Under the pieces are notes generated by a model that did not search any database, was not told the origin of the DNA, and was given only the letters and a program-made list of their open reading frames with translations. This document shows, piece after piece, positions 1-11,117 of a stretch of 38,147 bases of DNA. A program made the translations under genes and the position numbers. Position 1 is the first letter of the stretch; every line of letters begins with the position of its first letter. This stretch comes from Welwitschia mirabilis (Eukaryota): assembly GCA_051453625.1 (NCBI GenBank), contig JBOZIK010000001.1, positions 8,934,853 through 8,972,999 of the forward strand. The letters run 5' to 3'.

Positions 1-72
1 ATAGTCTAATAAAGCAGTAAAGAGAAATTACCCTATTCACCCCCCCTCTAGGGTGCTTCTTTGATCCTAACA
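1..72 (+). mobile_element. 3' end of a SIRE/Sirevirus-like (Ty1/copia) LTR, solo or 3' LTR
   Basis: CTATTCACCCCCCCTCTAGG at about 33-52, then ...CCTAACA ending at 72. This motif is typical of Sirevirus LTR 3' ends. No PBS follows. Confidence 0.6.
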
Positions 73-540
73 CTTTTTGTGTAATAGCCCATTGTATTGT
101 TAATACTAGATTTGGAATGATGAAATGTCACTTAAAAATAAGAAGTTCACTATTAGAGTTTTTAATACTATTAAAAAGGATTTAAGTGATGAGTTGAATA
201 TTGAAGGAGAAATTAAGCCTAGTCTATTTTTATAACATCATCCACTTAAAGAAATATGACTAATGCTTCATGATCCTATCTTGTTTGATGATCCACTTGA
301 ACTAGAAAATGTGAAGGCTTTTGATGCTGATTAACTTAACTATGAACATTTAGGAAGTAACTATTTTGATCAAAGGAGTAAAAACTAAAACTATAAACTA
401 TGCAGAACTCTAAAATCTGAACAAAACTGAGATTTTTCTTATTTTAAGGAAGGTCGTTCACAATAGTCATCTAGACAATAGTCTGAGATGATAGTCAATT
501 TTAATAAAAATTTAATAGAAAATCAAAATCTAAATTTAAA

Positions 541-1489
541 TCTAAAACCTTTACCCAGTGGACTAAAATATATCATTTTTTTGTGATGATCAAAACACAA
601 CTTTGATAATAAATAAGAATCTTTTCCCTTAATAAGTGTTCATTTTAATTTTACTTTTAAAATCTAAGGTTAATGCGTTTTCTTAATTCCACAAAGATTT
701 AATAGCCATTTCTATCTCTATTATTTAATATAAAATCTACCTTGAGGATAATGTAAAAACTATTAAGGAATCCCAATGTAGACTAAACCCAGCCCTTAAA
801 CAAGTTATAAAAGATGAAATCATTAAATTAATGAATGCTAGAATTATTTATGCAATAGCTAATAATGAGTAGGTTAGCCCTTTGACAGTAGTGCCTAAGA
901 AAGATGGGAAGTAGAGAATGTGTATTAATTTTAAAAAATCTAAATGAAGTAATCAAGAAAGACCATTGTCTTTACCTTTCCTGGACCAAATACTTGATAA
1001 AATCTAAGGACATGCTTTTTATTACTTTCTTGATGGGTATAATAGTTACAATCAGGTTTGTATTGCTAGTGAGGATCAGCTTTAAACTCCTTTTACTTCA
1101 TCTTTTGGAACTTTTACTTGTAGATACATGTCTTTTAGACTTTGCAATACTCTTGGTACTTTTTAATGTGTAATGATGGGTATCTTTTTCAATATGCTGA
1201 AGGATTTAATTGAAAATTTTATGGATGACTTCTCAATGTATAGTGAAAACTTTGAATAAGTCTTAAAAAGTTAGAGAAAGTCTTTGATAAATGCATTAAG
1301 AGTGGCAAACATTTAAGTTAGAAAAAGATTTTATTTTTAGTTGAGAATGGAATTGTATTATGTCTAATAAAGGAATTAGGATGAACTCTGAAAAAGTAAG
1401 TATCATTAAAAACCTAACTTCTCCAACAAATGTAAAATAAGTTCGATCTTTCCTTGGTTATTGTGGTTTTTTATCATCATTTTATTTAA
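541..1489 (+). pseudogene. Reverse transcriptase remnant of Athila-type pol
   Basis: Manual translation across frameshifts: LKPLPSGLKY; QCRLNPALKQVIKDEIIKL; VSPLTVVPKKDGK*RMCINF; LNEVIKKDH; FLDGYNSYNQ; ENFMDDFS (catalytic xMDD at about 1218-1229); VRSFLG. Confidence 0.92.
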
Positions 1490-1681
1490 NNNNNNNNNNN
1501 NNNNNNNNNNNNNNNNNNNNNNNNNNNNNNNNNNNNNNNNNNNNNNNNNNNNNNNNNNNNNNNNNNNNNNNNNNNNNNNNNNNNNNNNNNNNNNNNNNNN
1601 NNNNNNNNNNNNNNNNNNNNNNNNNNNNNNNNNNNNNNNNNNNNNNNNNNNNNNNNNNNNNNNNNNNNNNNNNNNNNNNNG

Positions 1682-1995
1682 GTGCTTGGACAAAAATATA
1701 AAAATGATTTTAAGGTTATATCTTATCATAGTAAAACTTTGTCTAAAGCTCAAATGATTTACACTATTACTAAGAAAGAAATGCTAGGAATAATCTTTTA
1801 CCTTGATACACTTAGACACTATCCTTTAGGCTTCCATATAAATGTTTATACCGATCATCCAGCAATTAGATTCCTCATGACCAAGAAAGATTCTAGTATT
1901 AGACTCATTAGATGAATCCTCCTTATGCAAGAATTTAATTTGATCATCATTGATAAAGCAGGGGAGCATAATAGCATAGTAAACCATTTGTTACA
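1682..1995 (+). pseudogene. RNase H remnant of Athila-type pol
   Basis: LGQK...VISYHSKTLSKAQMIYTITKKEMLGIIF...VYTDHPAIRFLMTKKDSSIRLIR*ILLMQEFNLIIIDKAGEHN, matching the Athila RH consensus (YTTTEKELLAVVF / TDHAALKYL / RLIRWILLLQEFD). Confidence 0.92.
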
Positions 1996-2079
1996 TCTTT
2001 ATTCTTCTCTTAATAATCTTATAATTAATGATTCTTTTCAGAATAAACAACCTTTTGCCATATCCTCTACTCATCCTCC

Positions 2080-3349
2080 TCTTTGGTATGCTGATATAGT
2101 TAATTATCTTGTTACCATAAAAACACCACAATATTGAACTCATAGTTAAAGAAAATCCTTTTTTCATAGAATAGGTAATTATGAATAGATAGAGTCACAT
2201 CTTTACGGTAGGTGCAAAGACCAAATCATGAGAAAATGTGTACCAAATGGGAAAAATCAGATATTCTTCATCTTTGTTATGATGATGTTTGTGAAGGTCA
2301 TTTTAGTAGATAGAAAACATCTATGAAAATCCTTCACTTTGATTTTTATTAACCTAGTTTTTTTTATTTTGTTAGAATGTGTGATGCTTATTAACATTAT
2401 AGTAGCCTTATTCATTCTTAAGAGATGTCTTTTAAACCTTTTTTTGAATGTAAACCCTTTTATTGTTGGGGAACTGATTTTAGATGCCCTATTAAACCAC
2501 TTTCTAATGGTAAGAACTACATCTCATGGCTGTTGACTATGTTACTAAATGGGTTGAAGCTATTCCTACTTCTATGAATGATGTCTGAATTGTTTGTACT
2601 TTTCTTAGAACTCATATTTTTCAATGTTTTGGTTTTTCTAGAATTATCATTAGTGATCAATAAACTCATTTTATTAACTAACTTTTTAGGAAACTTCTTT
2701 TATCCATTGGAATTGAACATAGAGTAGCCTATGCTTATCATCCATAAACTAATAGTTAAGCTGAAAAAGGCAAATATAAAAATGAAGAAAATGTTACAAA
2801 CCTTGTCTCTGTTAATAAGAAATCTTAGGCTTCTAAATTTAACAATGTTCTTTAGGCTTATCATACTACTTGGCATAATTTCCTTGGCTTTTCACCTTAT
2901 GAAATTCTATATGGAAAAGTTTATATTTTATCTGTTGATGTGTGTTATAACTTTTATTGTTTTTCTCATCAACTTAATCTTGTAGACCTTTATGAGAATC
3001 TTAAACATAGATTAGTCCAACTTGATCACTTAGATGAAAAACATACTTATGCTATACATCGTCCATTCATAAAGCCCAATCTAAGTCCAAACATGATAGA
3101 AAGTTACTTCATAAAAAGTTTGAATCAATTTAACTTGTTCTTTTATATAATACTAAAGTGCCTCTTTTACATAACAAGTTGATCTCTAAATGGTTAGGTA
3201 CTTATCTTATAGAGAAAGTACATTCTAATAGTTCTATTGAGATTTCCGACTTAAAAGCAAAGGAGATTCAGAAAGTTAATGGACAAAGGTTAAACATACA
3301 TGAAAAACCTTTCGATGCAACCTTGAACATATTAGAAGTAGTATTTTAG
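2080..3349 (+). pseudogene. Integrase remnant of Athila-type pol
   Basis: WYADIVNYLV; zinc-finger remnant CYDDVCEGHFS; PFYCWGTDF; VDYVTKWVEAIPT; IIISDQ*THF; AYHP*TNS; C-terminal KLISKWLGTYLI...KVNGQRL (GPY/F module). Confidence 0.92.
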
Positions 3350-3861
3350 AGGTTTTTCTCAATGAAAAGGGCTTCCACCCTATCATTATCTGAATTCTCT
3401 CTTAGCTTATTCCTTTGATGGATATTATGATGTCACTTGATCATCTTTTANNNNNNNNNNNNNNNNNNNNNNNNNNNNNNNNNNNNNNNNNNNNNNNNNN
3501 NNNNNNNNNNNNNNNNNNNNNNNNNNNNNNNNNNNNNNNNNNNNNNNNNNGCTTCCACCCTATCATTATCTGAATTCTCTCTTAGCTTATTCCGTTGATG
3601 GATATTATGATGTCACTTGATCATCTTTTAAACTTGACTTATGTGTTTACTTTATGAAGTTTCCATGACTAGTATTCATACTTGAGCATTTTTATAGTGA
3701 TAAGATTAGATTCACCCAATCTTAAGATATTCACATATCTATAAATTTCATTTTGAAGGAAGATTCCTTGGTTTTTATGATTTTTTCAATGATGTGGATT
3801 TTTGGTTATTTAAGTGTGTTTCTTTTTATCTTTTATCTGACTTATTTACCTNNNNNNNNNN

Positions 3862-3894
<33 letters not shown>

Positions 3895-3904
3895 GGGGGG
3901 GAGA

Positions 3905-4718
3905 AATAATGATCATGATCTATTATATCTATGCTAAAACACATGGTTACCATGATGTCTTACCACACTAGGGTAACTTTTTCCAGAAGGAACATTTGGC
4001 AGCATTGGTAGCTGTGGGAACTCCACTGGGGGATCAGTTGACCATGCTTCACAGGTCCTTACTTCTCTGATTGTGGTTACACTCCCCTTAACATGGAAAG
4101 TAGTAATAAAACTTTGAGACTATAGGATCAGTAGTGTTCCTAGTNNNNNNNNNNNNNNNNNNNNNNNNNNNNNNNNNNNNNNNNNNNNNNNNNNNNNNNN
4201 NNNNNNNNNNNNNNNNNNNNNNNNNNNNNNNNNNNNNNNNNNNNNNNNNNNNNNNNNNNNNNNNNNNNNNNNNNNNNNNNNNNNNNNNNNNNNNNNNNNN
4301 NNNNNNNNNNNNNNNNNNNNNNNNNNNNNNNNNNNNNNNNNNNNNNNNNNNNNNNNNNNNNNNNNNNNNNNNNNNNNNNNNNNNNNNNNNNNNNNNNNNN
4401 NNNNNNNNNNNNNNNNNNNNNNNCCCCCCCCCCCCCCCCCCCCCGTATATCTCACTTATTCATCTTTGTCTTTTTGAGTATGTGATCATGTGAGAATTAT
4501 TCATGTGAAAAAAAAAAGAAAAAAAGGAAAAAAAAAAAAAACAATGATCACAATCTATTATATTTGTGCTAAAATACATGGTCACCATAATGTCCTACCT
4601 TTAGGGTCAGTTGGTTATGCTTTTAGAGGTCCTTGCTTCTCTAATTGTAGTTGTACTCCCCTCATCATGAAAAGTAGTAATATAACTTTAAGGCTATGGA
4701 ATTAATGGTGTTCCTAGT
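3905..4718 (+). repeat. Two diverged direct copies of a ~180-240 bp non-coding unit (3905-4144 and 4541-4718) in the Athila 3' UTR
   Basis: Both start AATGATCA..ATCTATTATAT..TGCTAAAA.ACATGGT.ACCAT and end GTGTTCCTAGT. The second copy lacks the central block. Confidence 0.85.
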
Positions 4719-5610
4719 ATCATCAAAGGCATTGATTATTTTTTAGACTCTTAGTATTCCCATAATGATCATTTCACTTTTGAGGATTCCGATGTGTTTT
4801 AAGGTATAAGTAGGTGAGTTCATTTTGGAGTAGTTTTTTTATCTTATCATTCATTGTTCAAAGCATTTGATCTTTGGTTTCATCATAATCACTACTTTAT
4901 CGAATGAAACTTTATGGAGTTAATACATTTTGTCATGCGTTTTTACTCAGGTGGCTTTATGATGTCTTTCAAGTGAGTTTGCTAAGTTCGAATTTAGGAC
5001 AGGTAAGTTATCTTGTTAATGTTTCTTGTGTCTATTTTCATTCTGCTTTTCTTTAGTTCTTTACCTTATTATGTCAAAGTCATTTCCATACTTTTTCATC
5101 ATTATCTAGGACCTTATCATTTAGTAGTTTTCCTGTTGTTATTTATGTCAATTCTTTTAATAACAAATTGATTTTCTTTTAGCATTTTAATTAGACAATC
5201 ACATCTTATTCTTAATGATTTTTATAAGTTTCCTTTGAGTCTTTTAGAGTTCTAAATGTTTTTAGGATTATTTTTTAGTTTAGGCATGTTTGTTTAGTTT
5301 TCTTTGACAACTTTCGTCCTACTTAGTGCATTTTTCATCACCCTATCTTTCAATTCTTTTACATTTTCCTACTCATCTTCATTCGTTATAACTCTTTACC
5401 ATTCCCAATTTTTTGAGCTTTCTAATACATTCTGATACCTTCACGATGATATCTAAGCCTAACTTATTTAGCTGACATCTCTAGCTTTTTGAAATTGTTC
5501 AAAGTCCTGCATCCACCTGGTAATCCAGATGACACTGGGAAATGACATTAGGCTATTGTCTGGTCGATGTAATAAGACAATAGTGTAATAAAACCATGGG
5601 TTGATTTTTT

Positions 5611-5779
5611 TCCTTCATTTTTCTTCCATTCTCTATCATTTCCACCCATTCTCAAGATAACAATGTCCCTAGTCCTTGCCAACGTGCTGGAATTCCTTCA
5701 TTTTTCTTCCATTCTCTATCATTTCCATTCATTCTCATAAGACAACAATGCCCCTAGTCCCTGCCAACGTGATGGAATT
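5611..5779 (+). repeat. Tandem duplication, unit about 83 bp
   Basis: TCCTTCATTTTTCTTCCATTCTCTATCATTTCCA...CCTAGTCC.TGCCAACGTG.TGGAATT starts at both 5611 and 5694. Confidence 0.9.
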
Positions 5780-6379
5780 TATCCTAGTCAAATTCATGTT
5801 TAAACTTTTCAAATTTTAGTATATTCTCAAGAATGAGGTATCTTTTTTTTCTCCCTTATTTTTTTAAATTTTTCTCCCATTTTTAAGCCTTTCAATGCAT
5901 AGTTTTCATGTACATTGTCCAATTTTTTGTTTTCTTTGATTTGGAACTTACAGATCTAGTTTTCACTGCGTATCTTGCAAGTTATAATAAATTCTACACA
6001 TTATAAGGTAGAATTAGGTTTTTCACTTTTAAACCTTGTTTTCTTGCAAATCGTAAGTCAAAATACTCAGTATGATGCACTTTACATTTCTAGTAGATTA
6101 GATTTTTAATTTAAGCACTTTTATTTTCACTTTATGTGAGACTCAACTAATTTACACGTTTTAACTTTCTCGCATGTTTTGCATTTTTCTTTGCACGACT
6201 AGACAATACAACATGTATTGACACTTCTAAGGGGGTAGAACATATTTTACAATTTTTACACATTAAAAACCAATTTATGGGGTCATTTCGAGCTTCCACG
6301 TAACACATCTTAGATATTTACACTTGACTTCACATGACATGTTTCTATTTATGACTAAGTAGGCTACACACATGTAGAG

Positions 6380-7100
6380 CTAAACAGGATGAGGCAAAGG
6401 CCAAGGCTATTGAATAGGAGATGGACACATTGACATCACAAGAGGTTAAGCGAGCAGAGCGAGTCCACCCTCTACCTCGACATGCTAGATTATTGACTAT
6501 CTAGTCCATGATCATTCATGTCTAGAGGCACTTTACAGATTGTATAAGTCGCGTAAAGCTAAGGGTGAATCTAAGATTGACTGACATATAGCTCTAATGG
6601 ATATTAGATGCACAGAGGACATATTATGTGTTAGATACCACGGAGTTCTATGACACGATGCATACAGAACATCATCCTGATGCTCATGGCTAGCTTGTGG
6701 ATATGATAATAGCTATGATTCAAGGCCACAAGATTACTATCCTCCTAAACCACATCATCGCAGTTACTGATCTTAGTGGCATTGGGAGTACGCATACACA
6801 TTCTGTTGGTGGCACAAAGGAGCACCAAGCTTATGGCACCGCACTTGACATACTAGCAAATTTAACTTTGGATAGATGGGGTGTTTTATTTATACAATTG
6901 ATACCTACCTATTGGATTTTGCATAAAGGACTGATCCATAACATCAGCCCATCCTTCCCTGATAGTCATGCATAGTGGCGCATCTACAGATATTGATAGT
7001 GTTCAGGAAGGGTTAGCAGATGGACCTACCTATATTCCTATGAAGGAGACTCAGGATGATGGTAGAGGCATGTCAGCTTTAAACTCTAAGCTATTTATGC
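6380..7100 (+). pseudogene. Env-like / extra 3' ORF remnant of Athila (Transposase_32-like plant transposon protein)
   Basis: YVLDTTEFYDTM...MIIAMIQGHKITILLNHIIAVTDL...LIPTYWILHKGLIHNISP resembles the Y.ELVREFYAN...S.VRG..I...I...L and L...LH.II..N..P blocks of Athila extra ORFs. It sits between INT and the 3' LTR. Confidence 0.6.
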
Positions 7101-8120
7101 CTTCTCTCAGCCATGTACAGATACTTCAGCATACCAAAGTCTATAAGCAAGCAGTAATTCATGCATATATAGACTTTAATTCATTACCTGTAGGACATGG
7201 ACATCCAAATACCAGAAGAAGCAGAAAGATCTTAAGTTCAAAGACTTGTGGTTGGTGCTTCTATAAAGCATATTCAAGCCCTCCTGGCCTAGACTACCAA
7301 GACCATCAAAGGTGTTATAAACCGAGGCATCTTTACATTAAAGCAAAGGATTCAAACAGTTAAGAGCAGAGTATAACACACTGAGGGGCTACTAGTGGGT
7401 GTGCGACAGCACATTTTATGGATAGAGCATGGTGCAATGGTAGACCTCCCAGAGATTGTTCAAGTATAGGGAGACAAGATAGTGCAGATGATCACGACTC
7501 CACTTGACCACTGTTTTCCTATAGATCTTGAGAATCCTCCTTCTTTTCTTCTACATCTGAGTCTATTGCCCATCAAGAATTCATCATGACTAGACAAGGA
7601 GAGTGATTTCTTATGCTACATTTTATGTCTTTTCCTCTATGGATTCTATAAAGCTTATGATATATATACAGAAACATTATTTTTTAATAGTAGTATGGTG
7701 TAGATTTTCATTTTTACATATCATTTTTGATACTTTATGATGAGGATTGTTTATGTTATACATGATTATCTTTTATCTATTGTACATTCCAGTGGACGGC
7801 TCTTAGTTACTAGTGTATTTAATGTTTATCTTTCTAAAAACTTTTTCACAGGCTTCTACTTTTTAAGAACAATTTTTGAGTTTATCATCCCCTTCATTAT
7901 CTAGACAATGCCCAGGATGACAGTATGACCAATTGCATGACACAGATGAAATGTTCAACTATCTGTTTTTGACTTTCTTGTCTTACATTCTCAGATTCCT
8001 AAAAATCTTTCTGAGTTTATTTCACATTTCTCTAGTTGATTTATTATTAGTCAATTTGGCTTGCAATTATAGTTGTTTGTCTAGTTTTGTTAGGGAGTGA
8101 CAAGGTTAAGTGATAGGTTG

Positions 8121-10204
8121 TGTTGCACTACTAAATTGCATGTATTTGATAGGATATTTTGAGTAGTTTTGCAAGATATCAAATAGGTTTATGCTGAGTT
8201 TCAACAATAATGGTGAGCTAAGGTAAATGTCACAAAAACATGCAATCTTCATTACATTTAACAGCATTCGAAGCAATTTACACTACTTTCTATCTAAAAC
8301 AATAGTTCTACAATCAAAAAGGCTAATACGACATAAGAGATACTTTATAAAAGTCGATTGTTCACCTAATCATCTAGATGATTGTACGAACAACATAAAT
8401 ACTAAGTTAAGAAGGATGCTTACTAGATCAATTTGCTAGCTGATGTGGAACTCATATAATATGGCATCGTCTCTTGTGATGTTCCAATGATCAGTAGAAT
8501 GATACTTGAAATAAATGCTTCATCAAACTTTACCAAACACTGGCCATATGACTTTCATCTTCTGGCATAATTGTTAGGGTTGTTAGCATGTCTATTTGTA
8601 TTTTCTTATTTTAGAGTCTTTTTGTAATAAATACCTTCTTTTTCCTCGACTCCATTTTTATCTTCCTTGAAATTGAAAATTCTTATGACAGGAGATTGAA
8701 GGGTAGGATATCCATTCATTGTTTTTGCAGAAAGACATATTTTTGATGTTAGACTATGGATTGTTCATTAAGGTGCTACTATGTATAACATGGATGTTGG
8801 TTTACTTTTAATCGAAACTCTATTTTCCTTTTCATATCTTTTATTTTATGCATCTTCCTTATGGTTTACATTGTTTTTGATTCCATGATAGCTTCTTTAC
8901 TTTTAATCGAAACTCTATTTTCCTTTTCANNNNNNNNNNNNNNNNNNNNNNNNNNNNNNNNNNNNNNNNNNNNNNNNNNNNNNNNNNNNNNNNNNNNNNN
9001 NNNNNNNNNNNNNNNNNNNNNNNNNNNNNNNNNNNNNNNNNNNNNNNNNNNNNNNNNNNNNNNNNNNNNNNNNNNNNNNNNNNNNNNNNNNNNNNNNNNN
9101 NNNNNNNNNNNNNNNNNNNNNNNNNNNNNNNNNNNNNNNNNNNNNNNNNNNNNNNNNNNNNNNNNNNNNNNNNNNNNNNNNNNNNNNNNNNNNNNNNNNN
9201 NNNNNNNNNNNNNNNNNNNNNNNNNNNNNNNNNNNNNNNNNNNNNNNNNNNNNNNNNNNNNNNNNNNNNNNNNNNNNNNNNNNNNNNNNNNNNNNNNNNN
9301 NNNNNNNNNNNNNNNNNNNNNNNNNNNNNNNNNNNNNNNNNNNNNNNNNNNNNNNNNNNNNNNNNNNNNNNNNNNNNNNNNNNNNNNNNNNNNNNNNNNN
9401 NNNNNNNNNNNNNNNNNNNNNNNNNNNNNNNNNNNNNNNNNNNNNNNNNNNNNNNNNNNNNNNNNNNNNNNNNNNNNNNNNNNNNNNNNNNNNNNNNNNN
9501 NNNNNNNNNNNNNNNNNNNNNNNNNNNNNNNNNNNNNNNNNNNNNNNNNNNNNNNNNNNNNNNNNNNNNNNNNNNNNNNNNNNNNNNNNNNNNNNNNNNN
9601 NNNNNNNNNNNNNNNNNNNNNNNNNNNNNNNNNNNNNNNNNNNNNNNNNNNNNNNNNNNNNNNNNNNNNNTTTTCGTATCTTTTATTATATGCATCTCCC
9701 TTATGGTTTACATTTCCTCTAATTCTATGACAACTTCTTTAGTGATATAGATTATAAAGGCAACCTTTATTAAGATTAACATTATTAGCTTAAGTGCATT
9801 GCATTTCATTTCCTAGATTAACTTTACATTATTTTTATATTTTGTTTGACATACCTGATATCTTATGTTGATCTTGATCTGATGATGCTTTTCTTGATTG
9901 ATCTAGGTTATATAAGGCTGATCTCTGTGATAGGTTGATTTGGTAATTAGATAGAATTTGCATTTAGAATAAGACTTGCATTTCATTTACATAGTTTATT
10001 CATTTGTATTGTTATTTCTGCCTTGTTATTGTGTTCTACTTTAAGGTTACATAGTGTTTTGTTTTTGAAATCAAGTCTCTTTCTTCTTACCTATGCCTTC
10101 AACGAGATTATGACAATTAGATCACTTTCATGTATATTAGTGTGTTGTGTTATGCAAAATCTATTTATATGTGTGATTTACAAGATTCACTTGAGAACGT
10201 AACA
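8121..10204 (+). mobile_element. Putative 3' LTR of the Athila element, containing a gap and a tandem repeat
   Basis: Preceded by the Athila-like pre-PPT TTGTTAGGGAGTGACAAGGTTAAGTGATAGG. Starts TGTTG, has a TATA-like AATAAATAC near 8626, and ends ...GATTCACTTGAGAACGTAACA. No partner LTR in the window confirms the ends. Confidence 0.55.
8801..9713 (+). repeat. ~95-bp tandem repeat spanning an assembly gap
   Basis: TTTACTTTTAATCGAAACTCTATTTTCCTTTTCA occurs at 8801 and 8896. The unit resumes after the gap at 9671 (TTTTCGTATCTTTTATTATATGCATCTCCCTTATGGTTTACATT). Confidence 0.75.
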
Positions 10205-11117
10205 TTTGCACAAATGCTCACCATAACACTCATCTCGGATCCCAGGCATGCAAGATTCAAAATTGGTTTTAGACAAATTCTAGAAAGATTTCAAATAGAT
10301 TCAGAATGATAGAAGGTTTTTCAAGTTTTAATAGTGATCTCAGGAAGAGTTTTAAAAGTTCCTATGTAGAAATGCCATCTCTAGCAATTAGATAAAACAG
10401 GACCTAGGTTAGGATGTGCATTATGGTTTCAAAAAATTCTCAAGCATTCATAGAAATCTTGCAAAGTGATTGACATGATAAGATCATAGATAAACATAAG
10501 AGAAATAAAAAACAGCAGTACACTCCAAACCAATTAAATCATAAAAACAATTGTTTAGTTTTTAGCATTTATAATGGCAAATTCACTAAGTAGAAAATTA
10601 AAACTCAAGTTATAAATGTAAGAGATGAAAGAAAGCATGCAAATTAAATGAGTTCAATTTTAGGGNNNNNNNNNNNNNNNNNNNNNNNNNNNNNNNNNNN
10701 NNNNNNNNNNNNNNNNNNNNNNNNNNNNNNNNNNNNNNNNNNNNNNNNNNNNNNNNNNNNNNNNNTAAGATATTAAATAAATCATGCAAATTTAATTAGT
10801 TAAATTTTAGGGGTTTTTTATTTTTTTTTCCCTTTTTTACCTTTACTTGTAACCTACAAAAACTTGTTATAACTGCAACACAAATCAAGTTAGAGCAGAA
10901 AACTAAAGCAAATTTAAAACTAGACTAATTTGGATATCACTAGAAATGACTAGTACCAATCATTGGAAAAAAGAGAAAACAAATAAAATAAAAAAATACA
11001 TGCCCAGTTTGGGTATCACTAGGGTTAATCAATATCCACCACTTAAAAAAAATCAAAACTAAAAAGCTTACTAGAAAGTAAAATTTANNNNNNNNNNNAG
11101 CAACTACCATGTCATTA

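Larger units (their letters stand above)
73..10204 (+). mobile_element. Degenerate Athila-type Ty3/gypsy LTR retrotransposon, 5' part outside the window or interrupted
   Basis: RT-RH-INT order with Athila-like motifs, a long 3' region carrying an env-like ORF remnant, an Athila-like pre-PPT region and a putative 3' LTR. Confidence 0.85.

Noticed and set aside
3371-3630. Near-perfect 80-bp direct repeat (3371-3450 and 3551-3630)
   Set aside because: The copies flank a 100-N gap and differ at one base, the typical signature of unmerged contig overlap.
8859-9730. Long ORFs of 278 and 289 aa, and similar X-rich ORFs at 1406-1757, 4120-4493, 18035-18235 and 30532-30957
   Set aside because: They are open only because they run through N gaps.
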